NCBI GenBank assembly: GCA_029259175.1
Contig: JAPDJH010000004.1
Coordinates: 164,844 to 228,843, forward strand
Direction: 5' to 3'
Source: Hadesarchaea archaeon
Lineage (GTDB): Archaea > Hadarchaeota > Hadarchaeia > Hadarchaeales > Hadarchaeaceae
Length of the DNA: 64,000 nucleotides
Within the stretch, counting starts at the first letter, position 1. Every line of letters starts with the position of its first letter. Of this stretch, positions 1 through 9,977 are shown piece after piece. The translations under genes and the position numbers were made by a program. Below the pieces are notes generated by a model, which had not been told where the DNA came from, did not search any database, and saw only the letters and a list, made by a program, of their open reading frames with translations.

Positions 1-137
1 AGTTTTCGCGCGATTGTCGGCAGAGACATGCGCTCCTTTATTTCAAAGATCTTGGCTACCAGAACCATAGAATCACTTTATTTATGGTTGCTGGGCTCTT
101 TAAACTGCGACGGAGAAAGGATAAGATGGTGAGAGAG

Positions 138-2009
138 ATGGGGTGTGCGATCATCAGGGAAGTCATCTTGGAGAACTTCATGAGCCATGAGTACTCGCGG
201 ATTCCGCTCACGCCCGGATTGAATGTGATCTGTGGGCCCAACGGGGCGGGAAAATCGTCCATATTGCTGGGTATTGCGGTGGCGCTGGGTCAGAGCTATA
301 CCGAGCGCTCAAAGCGCTTGGGCGATCTCATCATGCGCGGGAAGAAGCTGGCTCGGGTAAGTCTGGTGTTCGATAACCGGGCTGAGAACGGAAAGCGTCC
401 AATTCCCGAGATAAATTCTGACACCATTGTTTTGTCACGCTATCTGAGCAAGGACGGCACCTACTGGTATCAGATAAACAACCGCACAGTAACAAAGGGG
501 GATGTGCTGCGGTTGTTAGGTAGGTTATCGATAGATCCGGACAACATGCTCATCATCATGCATCAGAACATGATCGATGTGTTCGGAGCTACGGATGCGA
601 GTGAAAAACTGCGGATGGTGGAGGAAGCAGTTGGGATCCAAAGCTATAGGGAAAAGATCATGGAAGCGCAACAAAAGCTCTCCCACACACTGAGCGAGGA
701 AGAATCGGTAAGGGTGATGCTGCAAAAAGCCCAAGAAACGCTGCGCTACTGGGAGGGGGAGTACGAACGGCTCAAGCGCAAGCGCGAGCTCGAGCGAAGG
801 AAAAAACAGTTGGAGTTGGAATACGCTTGGTCCAAAGTGGTGAGGCAGGAAAAGGCAGTAGCTGATCTCGAGAGACAGATAGAGAACATGAAAAACGAAC
901 TGGAAGGGGTAAGAGAAGAGCTGAAGAAATGGGACAAAAAACAGCACGTGTTGACTAACAAGTTGAGAGAGCTTGATAGTCAAGTGGACGGGCTGTATCG
1001 TCGGCTCGTGGAGATCGGTCGGTGGGAGGCAAGACATCAAACCAGGCTCGAGCTGCTAGAACGTGTACAAAAAATCGCTGAGCTGAAAGAGAACATGCAT
1101 TTCTTGAAAGAGGAGGCCGAGAAGGCCAAAAAGGAGATGGCGGAGGTGGAGGGTCTTCTAAGCAAGGCCAAAAGAAAGAGAGAAGAAATCCAAAAATCGT
1201 TGATAGAGGCGAGTGCAAAAAGCGCAGTGTTAGAATTTCGGCAAGGGTTGTTGGAGCACGAGCTTTCGGATCTCAGGAGAGAACTGAGACGAGCGCGACG
1301 TGAGCTAGAAGAAACGACAGAGGAAGCACAGAAGATCGGGAGGCGTGTCGAAACCGCGCGAAAACCGCAGGAGGTGCTCGACGAACTGCGACTGGTGAAC
1401 GCCCAGCTCGGCACGCTGGCAGACGTGCCGGCGGATGCTGAGCACATGTACCTCAGCTACAAATCGACGTTGAGAGAGCTGGAAAAGAAGGCGAGAGAGG
1501 TGGAGCGAAACAGACAGAGAGCACTCGAAGAGCTGGAGCTGCGCAAACAGCGATGGAGAGAGGAGATGGAACGATTGATTTCTGAGATCAACAAAGAATA
1601 TCGGAGGTTTTTGGAGCGAGTGGGGGGAACGGGTGAGATCTCGCTGGTTAACGCGGAAGATATCGAGAGCGCAGGGTTGGAACTCACGGTGGGATTCAAG
1701 GGCATAACGCCGCAGATCTTGGACGCATACACTCAGAGCGGAGGGGAGCGCACGACGGCTTTGATGTGCTTCTTGTTGGCGCTTCAAAGGAGGATAAAGT
1801 CGCCGGTGCGAGCGATCGACGAATTCGAGGCGCACTTGGATCCGAGGAATCGGGAAAATCTCTTCCAAAGCGTTGCGGAGGTCGCGAACAGCGACACGGC
1901 GCAGTACTTGGTGATAACACCCGGACGGCTGGCAGGTATTGAAAAAGCGTTCAATGTGATCGTGGTGCAAAGCGTTGGCGGGGTGTCCAAGGTGGGGGTG
2001 GTAACATGA
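138..2009 (+). CDS. Short SMC-family ATPase, Smc5/6-like (coalescin/ClsN-type archaeal SMC-related protein)
   Basis: LENFMSH, Walker A GPNGAGKSS, long coiled coil, signature QSGGER, Walker B/D-loop IDEFEAHLD; start could also be 126. Confidence 0.85.
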   Translation: MGCAIIREVILENFMSHEYSRIPLTPGLNVICGPNGAGKSSILLGIAVALGQSYTERSKRLGDLIMRGKKLARVSLVFDNRAENGKRPIPEINSDTIVLSRYLSKDGTYWYQINNRTVTKGDVLRLLGRLSIDPDNMLIIMHQNMIDVFGATDASEKLRMVEEAVGIQSYREKIMEAQQKLSHTLSEEESVRVMLQKAQETLRYWEGEYERLKRKRELERRKKQLELEYAWSKVVRQEKAVADLERQIENMKNELEGVREELKKWDKKQHVLTNKLRELDSQVDGLYRRLVEIGRWEARHQTRLELLERVQKIAELKENMHFLKEEAEKAKKEMAEVEGLLSKAKRKREEIQKSLIEASAKSAVLEFRQGLLEHELSDLRRELRRARRELEETTEEAQKIGRRVETARKPQEVLDELRLVNAQLGTLADVPADAEHMYLSYKSTLRELEKKAREVERNRQRALEELELRKQRWREEMERLISEINKEYRRFLERVGGTGEISLVNAEDIESAGLELTVGFKGITPQILDAYTQSGGERTTALMCFLLALQRRIKSPVRAIDEFEAHLDPRNRENLFQSVAEVANSDTAQYLVITPGRLAGIEKAFNVIVVQSVGGVSKVGVVT

Positions 2010-2812
2010 GGCGGAGCGAGCGGCGTGAATTATTGGAACGCGTCATAGAGCTGGCGGAAGCTGTTCGGTCAAAGGGGCTGGATCCGTTCGATGTTCGGGT
2101 GCGGGAGTTCTTCCAGAAGCTGCGCGAGCTGCTGCCGATGCTCCGAAGCTATGAGGAGTTGTTTCTGGATGCGCAGGCGGTATTGGGGCTCTCAGACGTT
2201 ATCCAGCACCAAGAGGAGTGGGTGAAACACCGCTCGTCGGTGCTCTATCTTGACCCGCTGCTGATAATGCTGAAGGTTCAAGCACTGGATTCTCAAGAGC
2301 TGGCCGAGATCTTTCTGAGGGTGTGGAAGCCGGTGGTGGAAGTGGAGGTGCTCTCGCCGGGCGGTCTGCGTGAGGCTCTGGACTACTGGACGGAACTCTC
2401 ACCGCTGAGTGAGCGGGCGAAAGAGCTGGAGGGAGGCGGTAAAGGGGTTTCAGCGATCGGTGAAAGGGAGCTGGAGCGGTGGGGGGTGCTGGAAAGGGAG
2501 GAGTTCGAAAAATTGTTGGAGAAAACGCGACGGGAACTCGAGAGAACGTGTGGGAAAGAGGGAAAGGTCTCCTACTGGGAGTTCGTGAAGGGCCCAAGTT
2601 ATGAGCAGACGGTAAAGCGGGCGTGGATGGTGAGCTTTCTGGTTTCCTATGGATACGCCGATCTCGAGCTTGATCCGCTAGAGGAGGAAATAACCATCCG
2701 GATTCGGGGAGAGAGAGGGCAGCCGGAGGAGGTGAAGTCGCTCCCCATTGCGATCACGAAAGAATGGTGGAGGGGCAGATATGCAGGAAGAAGTGGCAGA
2801 GCTGCGGCATAA
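2006..2812 (+). CDS. Kleisin/ScpA-like subunit
   Basis: N-terminal LDPFDVRV resembles ScpA xDPWxIDI; C-terminal winged-helix-like region; ATGA overlap with the SMC gene. Confidence 0.6.
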   Translation: MRRSERRELLERVIELAEAVRSKGLDPFDVRVREFFQKLRELLPMLRSYEELFLDAQAVLGLSDVIQHQEEWVKHRSSVLYLDPLLIMLKVQALDSQELAEIFLRVWKPVVEVEVLSPGGLREALDYWTELSPLSERAKELEGGGKGVSAIGERELERWGVLEREEFEKLLEKTRRELERTCGKEGKVSYWEFVKGPSYEQTVKRAWMVSFLVSYGYADLELDPLEEEITIRIRGERGQPEEVKSLPIAITKEWWRGRYAGRSGRAAA

Positions 2813-3320
2813 GCTTGCACGGGCGGCACAGCTTCTGTTGTTCAAGCACCACATGCACCCAGGAGCGAAGCGGTGGGAGCTCCGGCGGGCGCTGGGACGA
2901 AATTACGAGCAGGTCCTGCGGGCGCTCGATCAGGAGCTAAGCAAACTGGGGCTCAAGGTAAAAAAGGTAGAAGGGGGGGATGCGGATTCGGATCTCTTTG
3001 TAGTGACGTTCAAGGAGCACCCGCCGCTCAACGAGTTCCGCACGTTCGGGTGGAGAATAGACGATATGGCCATGCTGACGGCCGTGCTGGCCCATCTGGT
3101 GGTCAAGGGAGGGAAGGCTCCAGCGAAGGAAGTCATGCAGATACTGGAGGAAAAGTTTCCGAAGTGGCGAGTGCAGGCGGGGATCGATCGGTTTATCCGG
3201 AGGGGGTATCTGTCGGAGGACGACAAGGGGGTGCTTTACATAGGGTGGCGGACGAGGGCAGAGATCGATCAGCAAACGCTTGTCGGGCTTTTGCTGGGAA
3301 AGCCCGGTGAAAAGGGCTGA
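2781..3320 (+). CDS. KITE-like tandem winged-helix protein (Nse1/Nse3-MAGE/ScpB-like)
   Basis: About 180 aa, two WH-like halves, C-terminal YIGWRTRAE resembling the MAGE/Nse WGPRA motif; third gene of the SMC operon. Confidence 0.55.
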   Translation: MQEEVAELRHKLARAAQLLLFKHHMHPGAKRWELRRALGRNYEQVLRALDQELSKLGLKVKKVEGGDADSDLFVVTFKEHPPLNEFRTFGWRIDDMAMLTAVLAHLVVKGGKAPAKEVMQILEEKFPKWRVQAGIDRFIRRGYLSEDDKGVLYIGWRTRAEIDQQTLVGLLLGKPGEKG

Positions 3321-3359
3321 ACACAGTTTTAAGACCGGGAGATGAAGATTTTCTCGAGT

Positions 3360-3437
3360 GGGCCGGTAGCTCAGTCTGGTATGAGCGCTCGCTTCGCAAG
3401 CGAGAGGTCGCGGGTTCAAATCCCGCCCGGTCCACCA
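3360..3437 (+). tRNA. tRNA-Ala(CGC), CCA encoded
   Basis: GGGCCGG acceptor stem, anticodon arm CTCGC-TTCGCAA-GCGAG, GGTTCAAATCC T-loop, ends ACCA. Confidence 0.97.
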
Positions 3438-3507
3438 CTCGAATTGCTCAGCGATCCATCTTGGTCATAGCTGTGAGGATGTCAGAAGCAGCAGATAAGG
3501 CGATAGG

Positions 3508-3616
3508 AGTCCTCTTCGGAAGTCTGGGTCTCCCGCGCGGCCCCGTTCTAGGAGGGGTGAGGGCTCACTCGGGTGCTCAAGCCAATGAAGAACGGCCTCG
3601 GTGATGCCTGGGGTCA
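3508..3616 (+). other. Degenerate MITE/IS end or structured RNA remnant related to the element at 19364
   Basis: 3508-3533 matches the left end of the 19364 element at 19/26 nt; shares CGGCCCCGTTC; several hairpins. Confidence 0.4.
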
Positions 3617-4018
3617 GGTCGAAACCCGTTGCCAAGACTCGATGAGATGGGGAACAGTGTCGTAGGTGGGGAGTTCCTCGGGAAGCACCCACCGGGCTTC
3701 CTCGTGTTCCCAGTCGAGACGGATGTGAGGGGTTGGGGTGCGAAAGCGGAAAGGGTGGATGATCCAGATCACGCCTACGGTGTGGTCGTGGAACTCGTAG
3801 GGCTCGCCGCGCTTGACCAGTTCGACGTTGGTGAGGCCCGTTTCCTCACGAATTTCTTTGAAAGCCGTCTGCTCGGGGGTCTCACCGGGCTCCACATAGC
3901 CGGCGACCGCGCCCCACTTTCCACGGTAGGTACGAACGAGCTGGCTTCGCTTCATAATCAGGATCTTACGGTTGTGCTCTAGAAAGCAAGTCACGACGTG
4001 TTTCCGTGGGAGGGTCAT
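3614..4018 (-). CDS. NUDIX hydrolase
   Basis: Nudix box GYVEPGETPEQTAFKEIREETGL. Confidence 0.92.
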   Translation of the reverse strand: MTLPRKHVVTCFLEHNRKILIMKRSQLVRTYRGKWGAVAGYVEPGETPEQTAFKEIREETGLTNVELVKRGEPYEFHDHTVGVIWIIHPFRFRTPTPHIRLDWEHEEARWVLPEELPTYDTVPHLIESWQRVST

Positions 4019-4056
4019 CAAAAAACAGTTTGTCGATTATGATTTTAATAGAGTTG

Positions 4057-4314
4057 GTGGTGTCCCATATGGGACACCACATCGCCTCTTGATACTTCGA
4101 GCGAAATCAAGCCACAACTATGGGACACTCGACAGAAATCGATCTGTTGTACAGTGTCCCATATGGGACAGTTCTATAGAGTTGGTGTGGCGGAAATAGA
4201 TTTTTTTGAAAAAAACCAATACCTTCCTCGCGCATGTCCCATATGGGACGTTCCGCCAGATCAGTTTCATTAATCAAGACTGTGAAGCACGTTCAGATTG
4301 TCCCATATGGGACA
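4057..4314. repeat. Cluster 1 of the 16-bp palindrome TGTCCCATATGGGACA (parS-like)
   Basis: Copies at 4061, 4155, 4235 (last base G) and 4299; half site TATGGGACA at 4119; first copy extends to a 24-bp perfect palindrome 4057-4080. Confidence 0.95.
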
Positions 4315-4358
4315 TCGCTCAAAGGTATTTTTAACGAATGGAATCAATGAGAAAATGT

Positions 4359-4431
4359 GGGCCCGTGGTCTAGTGGTTATGACGTCACCCTGACACGGTG
4401 GAGGTCGTGGGTTCGAATCCCACCGGGCCCA
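4359..4431 (+). tRNA. tRNA-Val(GAC)
   Basis: GGGCCCG acceptor stem, TCACC-CTGACAC-GGTGG anticodon arm, GGTTCGAATCC. Confidence 0.97.
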
Positions 4432-4636
4432 CCTTTTCCGGCAACCGATTCTTTGAGAACAAGCGTCAGAAGCATCGGCCATTGAATCCCGTCTTTACAA
4501 CTTCTCCTACGTGGTCACTCTGCTGGCATATGGGTTTAGAGAAGAACAAGTTCAATTCCTCCGAGTATGGCGGGAGAAGAGCTGGCAGATCTTCACATCA
4601 AGCTCCGATTCCGACCGGATCTTCGCGCTCATACCG

Positions 4637-5563
4637 TTAAGCAGCGGCTCTCCGCATCAGCTCAAACATCCGGTCGATAGCTGACTTGGTTTTGGCTGCT
4701 ATGGGCTCCTCAACTTTTACCTCGTGCTTTTCGTCGCGCAACGCTAGGTAAAGCTTTTCCAAGTTGTGCTCCTTCATTTGCTCGCACACCGCCGTTTCCA
4801 GCGCCGGTATGAACTCCTTGTCCGGGAGCTCTCGCTTGAGCCGGTAGATCATCCCAACCTCGGTTCCTATGATGAAGCGCTTTGCTGGCGACTCTTGGGC
4901 ATACGATAACATCTGACTGGTGCTACAGATCCGGTCTGCAAGTTTCTGAACTTCCGGGTCGCACTCGGGGTGAACCAAAACCTCGGCATCGGGATGCTGT
5001 TTCTTTTTTAGAAGGATATCTGCTGGTGTGAACATCCGGTGTACATAGCAGTAACCCTGATCCGGAATCGCGATAACTCTTTTTGATGATCTCTGCTGCA
5101 CAAACCACGCCAAGTTCTTATCCGGTCCGAATATGACCGTGTCCTCTTCTAGCGCGTTAACTACCTTCGGAGCGTTCGCCGAGGTGCACACGGCCGTCGC
5201 CTCGGCCTTTGCTTCCGCCAGCGTGTTCACGTACAAGACGACCGGAGCATCTGGATATCGCCGCTTCGCCCGTCTAACTTCTTCAGCCGGAAGCTGCGCC
5301 GCCATGGGGCACCTAGCGGCGGGATCCGGAATCAAAACTTTCTTGTCGGGGTTGAGAACCGCTGCCATCTCAGCCATGAAGTTAACGCCGCAGAAAACCA
5401 CAATCTCAGCATCCAGCTCGGTTGAAGCCCTCGCCAATTCAAGAGAATCGCCCAGAATGTCAGCCAAGTCTTGAATCTCAGGTCTCTGGTAGTTGTGGGC
5501 CAGGATGATGGCGCGCTTCTTTTCTTTCAGGGCCCTTATTTTTTGACTCAACCCCTCGCCCAT
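4637..5563 (-). CDS. nadA: Quinolinate synthase
   Basis: [31 protein letters not shown] motifs; start trimmed to MGEGLS. Confidence 0.96.
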   Translation of the reverse strand: MGEGLSQKIRALKEKKRAIILAHNYQRPEIQDLADILGDSLELARASTELDAEIVVFCGVNFMAEMAAVLNPDKKVLIPDPAARCPMAAQLPAEEVRRAKRRYPDAPVVLYVNTLAEAKAEATAVCTSANAPKVVNALEEDTVIFGPDKNLAWFVQQRSSKRVIAIPDQGYCYVHRMFTPADILLKKKQHPDAEVLVHPECDPEVQKLADRICSTSQMLSYAQESPAKRFIIGTEVGMIYRLKRELPDKEFIPALETAVCEQMKEHNLEKLYLALRDEKHEVKVEEPIAAKTKSAIDRMFELMRRAAA

Positions 5564-5615
5564 GGTTTCGATAACACCATTATACCCAACCCTATTTAAG
5601 CAGAGAACCGAAAAG

Positions 5616-6410
5616 ATGAGAACGATGCCGGTCTTTGAACCCGTGAGCGAGCGCGAGATCACCCGAGCCATCGTCCAAGAGTTCGCCAAAGAACTCCAGC
5701 GCCACGCGGAAAGCGACGTCATCGTGGTGGGTGGCGGACCAAGTGGCCTCATGGCGGCCCGCGAACTCGCACGCAAGAACATCCGAGTCCTCGTGATCGA
5801 ACGCAACAACTACCTCGGGGGCGGCTTCTGGATAGGCGGCTATCTCATGAACAAGATCACGGTCCGGGCCCCAGGACAGGAGATCCTAGACGAACTAAAA
5901 GTCCCCTACACCGAGTTCTCAAAGGGTCTCTATGTCGCGGACGGGCCGCACGCGTGCTCAAAACTCATTGCTGCCGCCTGCGACGCCGGAGCCAAGATCC
6001 TCAACATGACATTCATCGAGGACGTGGTGTTGCGCGAAAACAACCGCGTTGGCGGCGTGGTCGTGAACTGGACTCCCATCAGCGCCCTGCCACGCGAAAT
6101 AACGTGCGTAGATCCCGTGGGGCTCGAAGCAAAATTCGTTGTGGACGCCACTGGACACGACGCAGCGGTGGTCCGACTGCTGGAGCGGCGCGGTCTGGTT
6201 AAAGTCCCCGGCTACGGCGCGATGTGGCTCGAGCGCTCGGAGGACGCGATAGTCGAACATACTGGCGAGTTCTATCCCGGGTTGGCTGTCACAGGAATGG
6301 CGGTATCTACGGCTTATGGTCTGCCAAGAATGGGGCCGACTTTTGGAGCGATGCTGTTGAGCGGGAAGCGAGTGGCCGAGGTAATCCATGAGAAGCTCAA
6401 AGGCACTTAG
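5616..6410 (+). CDS. thi4: Thiazole synthase Thi4 (Cys-type)
   Basis: [40 protein letters not shown]. Confidence 0.95.
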   Translation: MRTMPVFEPVSEREITRAIVQEFAKELQRHAESDVIVVGGGPSGLMAARELARKNIRVLVIERNNYLGGGFWIGGYLMNKITVRAPGQEILDELKVPYTEFSKGLYVADGPHACSKLIAAACDAGAKILNMTFIEDVVLRENNRVGGVVVNWTPISALPREITCVDPVGLEAKFVVDATGHDAAVVRLLERRGLVKVPGYGAMWLERSEDAIVEHTGEFYPGLAVTGMAVSTAYGLPRMGPTFGAMLLSGKRVAEVIHEKLKGT

Positions 6411-7167
6411 AATCTTCATCTACCGAGATCCGGATCCCAATATTTTAAAGTGGACAGAACTTCGGGAGTACCTCAAAAAAAGAGTTGGATGCACGGTTGA
6501 GATCCGGGAGCCCCTCTTCAAGCAAAACGAGTCTCTAGCCCGAGCATTCGCTGCAGCACGAGTCCATGACCCGCTAAAGCCGCTTGCGAATCGTGAGCCT
6601 CTCCCATCAGAAATCCAAATCGAAGAGAAATTTCTTGGGGCGCAAAAGCAGATCCCAGGAGTGCTCTACGACGGCCTCGAGATCCAGCGCCTGTGCCTCG
6701 GACTTCTGCCCGTTGGAGAGCGAACGAGAGACCATCTCCACCTCGTCTTCGTCAACCGATTGATCGGGACATATGAACAGGACGGCCGCTATCACATTCA
6801 TGCTGCAGTTTTCGGCTTTCCTACTCTATTGTCTGTGCAGGGAGTTGTTTTTGGACCTGCAAGGCCAAAAGAATACTACACCCTGCGAGGCCAACTGAGC
6901 GAGGAGGAACTCTACGAGCGGCTCGAGCGCCGCTTTCTCGTGCTGGACGATCCGAGGCTGACCGAGGTCGTCAAGGGTTACGCGATACAAGCCGTTTTCT
7001 ACCACGTCTTCGGAAACCCGTTCTGCGAGAACAGTCAGTGCCGTCTCTACAATGCCCGCTGGCAGGAAGAACTGCTAAAGGCCCAGCTCAGCTCCCCTGA
7101 GTTCTGCGAGCGTCACGAACAAATGCTGCAAGAGTTCAAATCCGAAATCACTGGCACGCCCTGCTAA
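6388..7167 (+). CDS. Conserved archaeal protein, putative metallopeptidase-like (DUF6775-like)
   Basis: [34 protein letters not shown]. Confidence 0.6.
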   Translation: MRSSKALRIFIYRDPDPNILKWTELREYLKKRVGCTVEIREPLFKQNESLARAFAAARVHDPLKPLANREPLPSEIQIEEKFLGAQKQIPGVLYDGLEIQRLCLGLLPVGERTRDHLHLVFVNRLIGTYEQDGRYHIHAAVFGFPTLLSVQGVVFGPARPKEYYTLRGQLSEEELYERLERRFLVLDDPRLTEVVKGYAIQAVFYHVFGNPFCENSQCRLYNARWQEELLKAQLSSPEFCERHEQMLQEFKSEITGTPC

Positions 7168-7838
7168 GTCGCTGCTAAGGACTCCAAAAAGTCACTCAGA
7201 TCCTCGTCCAGCGTTTTAAGCTCAACGATTCTTTCCATCTCCCGCTCAACCAGCTGCCGCAGACCAATTCTGGCCTCGATTTCGTTCACCTCCCTCCGCT
7301 TCGCTGCGGTTCGTGGACGGCGAGGTGTCGCATAACAGCAGCTGGCATGAGTCTCCCGCCAGAGCCCCAGCTGCTTGGCGAGACGCTCGATCTCCAGCTT
7401 ATCCATCGCGAGTAGCGGCCGGAGGATCGGATATCGAATGCCCGCCGACACCGCCTGCAGGTTCTGCAACGTCTGCGACGCCTTCTGGCCCAGCGATTCG
7501 CCCGTGACTATCCCCGACGCCTCCACACGATCACACAGGAGCTCAGCGGCCATCAGCATCCCACGACGGCACAGCACGCACGCGTGTCTGCCAGCTTGGC
7601 GGAGCACGCATCTCAAAACCCGGCTCCACGGAAAGAGAAATGCGCGGGCAAACCGTGTCTTCCTTTTTAAAACACGTAAAACATCCACTGCCACGTAGAA
7701 ATTATCCTCGCATGTGTAGGGATAAAGAGCAAAGTGCACGGGAACTACTTCGAAGCCACGGGCCGCAAGCGCACACGCGACCGGAGAGTCTATGCCCCCC
7801 GACACCAAACACACGACGCGCTCCACCAGCATTCCCAT
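7164..7838 (-). CDS. ThiI-like PP-loop sulfurtransferase lacking the THUMP domain
   Basis: SGGIDSPVA, CVLCRR, TGESLGQKASQT, RPLL. Confidence 0.85.
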   Translation of the reverse strand: MGMLVERVVCLVSGGIDSPVACALAARGFEVVPVHFALYPYTCEDNFYVAVDVLRVLKRKTRFARAFLFPWSRVLRCVLRQAGRHACVLCRRGMLMAAELLCDRVEASGIVTGESLGQKASQTLQNLQAVSAGIRYPILRPLLAMDKLEIERLAKQLGLWRETHASCCYATPRRPRTAAKRREVNEIEARIGLRQLVEREMERIVELKTLDEDLSDFLESLAAT

Positions 7839-7874
7839 CGCCTCATCGGCGGCCGCCTATATCAACCATTCGTT

Positions 7875-7893
7875 TTTATAACAACGTTATGAA
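7875..7893. promoter_or_regulatory. ATAAC-N3-GTTAT operator upstream of the thiI-like gene
   Basis: TTTATAAC-AAC-GTTATGAA; same motif at 19663 and 22643. Confidence 0.6.
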
Positions 7894-7974
7894 TAAACTC
7901 GAGTTAAAACAATTGGCCGGAAAGACCAATAATTACTTCGACTGGAGTTCCGCTCAAAAACCTGAAACCCTGAA

Positions 7975-9183
7975 TCATTTTGAAATACTCAATCCGTATT
8001 TCTCTGCAATTTCCAAAAACGCCTCTGCAACTTTTTCTATTCGCTCACGGCTTAACCCGTACGTGTTCAATTTGAAATGCTTGGTTAAACCAGGCTGAAT
8101 ACCAACTATTCCTCGATCTCTCAACTCCTCGTACAGAAAGAATCCCCTGCGCTTGTGATGTCGGGAAACTTCGTACAAACCCTCGGACTCCATGTGGATC
8201 AGCGTGTGATCTTTGGGCCTGACACCCAGCTGCCGCGTCCCCTCTATGCGCTCGAGCTGTTCAACCAGCCACCGGGCGTTCTCCACCTCCTCCGGCCATC
8301 TCTCGACTCGCTCGACCACGTGGGGAAAGGAGGCCATCATCGAAATGAGAGGACCACCCATCACGGTACAACCAAGCAGCGCGTATTCTTTTATGCTAAA
8401 CTTCCGTCCTGTCAGATCTCCCACGATCTGTGACGGCGCGAGCACTCGCTTCGCCATCTCCTTGGTCAGCGCAAGTACACCGGTGGAGGCACTCGCTGCC
8501 CAAGATTTATGACCGCTCCCTGTAATGATATCCGCTCCGAGCTCTCTCCCATCGATGGGCATCACACCCGCCGTGTAAGCGGCATTCAGCAAAAACGGAA
8601 CTTCGTACTCGTGAGCTATCTCTGCCACCCGTCTGGCATCGTTCAAATTGCCGTAGAGATAGTCCACATGGGTCAAAACCACGACCGCAGGCAATTTTCC
8701 GGTTTCGCGCTTTACCTCTTCTATCTTTGCCGCATAAGCATCGAGATCTACTCGAAATTCCGGATACCCGCTGTTCGGGACCTCTTTAATCTTCATCATG
8801 GCAAGCTCGGCCGCAACGTAGGTGGAATAGTGGGCCAGGCTGTCGATTACCACCACATCCCCCGGTCTACCAAGCATTCTGAACGCTATGAACTGCGCCT
8901 CGCGACACCGGGTCACGACACGCGCCACATCCATTCCAAGAAATTCCGCCAAGTCTTCAACGAAATCCGCTATGGGAGGCCGGGTAACCTTATCCAACCG
9001 GGGGGTTTTTGCAGGGCACCAATCACACGTAGAATACCCATCCCCAAATTCTGCCAATGCTTCTCTCGCCTCAGCGGTAAGAACCCCTCCACGCTGAATT
9101 GGATTGAGGTTGATATACCGATCCTCCTTAAAATCTCTCCTCAGATTCCGATACTTCTTCAGTCTCTCTTCGGAAAGCTTCAT
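7975..9183 (-). CDS. pscS: O-phosphoseryl-tRNA:Cys-tRNA synthase (SepCysS)
   Basis: INLNPIQRGG, GYSTCDWC, SGHKS PLP lysine, LGCT. Confidence 0.93.
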   Translation of the reverse strand: MKLSEERLKKYRNLRRDFKEDRYINLNPIQRGGVLTAEAREALAEFGDGYSTCDWCPAKTPRLDKVTRPPIADFVEDLAEFLGMDVARVVTRCREAQFIAFRMLGRPGDVVVIDSLAHYSTYVAAELAMMKIKEVPNSGYPEFRVDLDAYAAKIEEVKRETGKLPAVVVLTHVDYLYGNLNDARRVAEIAHEYEVPFLLNAAYTAGVMPIDGRELGADIITGSGHKSWAASASTGVLALTKEMAKRVLAPSQIVGDLTGRKFSIKEYALLGCTVMGGPLISMMASFPHVVERVERWPEEVENARWLVEQLERIEGTRQLGVRPKDHTLIHMESEGLYEVSRHHKRRGFFLYEELRDRGIVGIQPGLTKHFKLNTYGLSRERIEKVAEAFLEIAEKYGLSISK

Positions 9184-9932
9184 CCTCTACTCCTCCGGCC
9201 GCATATCTCACAGTGGGGATCGCGCTCAACTTTCATTACTTCAAACACCATCTCCATACCATCAAATATTAGCAACCGGCCTATCAATGGTCTCCCAAGA
9301 CCTGTGATCAGTTTTATCGCTTCCATTGCCTGCAAACAACCTATCACGCCCGGGGTTGCTCCGAGTACCGGGAATGCCCGCTTTCGCGGCGGGAGTGACG
9401 GAACCAAACACTGCAAACACGGCCCCTTCTTGGGCACAATAGTCATCAGCTGACCCAGGGTTCCCTCCACGGCCCCGTGAACAAGTGGAATTCTGTGCTT
9501 TACACAGGCTCGGTTCAGCGCATACCTAGCAGGATAGTTGTCCGTGGCATCCACCACCACATCGGCACCGCGCACAAGAGGGTCCGCATTTTCGTTTGCC
9601 ACATGCAGAGATTTTCCCCTCACCCGCACATTTGGATTGAGAGCTCTCAGCTTCTCCATCGCCGAATCAGTTTTCTGGCGTCCGATGTCTTTATCCCAGT
9701 GCAAAATCTGACGATTGAGATTTGAGAGCTCTACTCGCTGATCGTCCACGAGCGTTAGCTTCCCCACACCCGCCGCTGTCAAATAAATACTGACCGGAGA
9801 CCCCAGACCGCCCAATCCTACAACCACCACATGCGCTCGCTTCAATTTGAGCTGACCTTTCCGACCAAAACCCGCAATCAACATCTGCCGACTATAACGT
9901 TCGAGTTCTTGAGGAGACAGTTTAGTCCTCAT
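9180..9932 (-). CDS. MoeB/ThiF/UbaA E1-like adenylyltransferase
   Basis: RYSRQ, GLGGLG, SNLNRQ, CLQC and CEIC zinc sites. Confidence 0.93.
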   Translation of the reverse strand: MRTKLSPQELERYSRQMLIAGFGRKGQLKLKRAHVVVVGLGGLGSPVSIYLTAAGVGKLTLVDDQRVELSNLNRQILHWDKDIGRQKTDSAMEKLRALNPNVRVRGKSLHVANENADPLVRGADVVVDATDNYPARYALNRACVKHRIPLVHGAVEGTLGQLMTIVPKKGPCLQCLVPSLPPRKRAFPVLGATPGVIGCLQAMEAIKLITGLGRPLIGRLLIFDGMEMVFEVMKVERDPHCEICGRRSRG

Positions 9933-9977
9933 ACCATTACCCTTTGGACTCCTGCTAAAAATACTTCCAACCATCGG

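Noticed and set aside
138-3320. Wadjet (JetABCD) or Rad50/Mre11
   Set aside because: No JetD/Toprim or Mre11 nuclease adjacent, gene order differs, and no CxxC hook
4057-4314. CRISPR array
   Set aside because: Repeat is only 16 bp, spacing is irregular, the repeat is a loopless perfect palindrome, and no cas genes are present
4432-4636. Integrated element at tRNA-Val or other tRNAs
   Set aside because: No integrase and no duplicated tRNA 3' end was seen
5564-5809. N-terminal extensions in the ORF track (nadA, also cofE, dys, HD hydrolase, nth, iscU, hypC)
   Set aside because: They overlap neighbouring real genes; starts were trimmed to family-consistent positions
8509-9453. Long antisense ORFs (also 55446-56495, 62035-63063, 28532-29401)
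   Set aside because: Shadow frames of well-supported genes with no recognisable motifs
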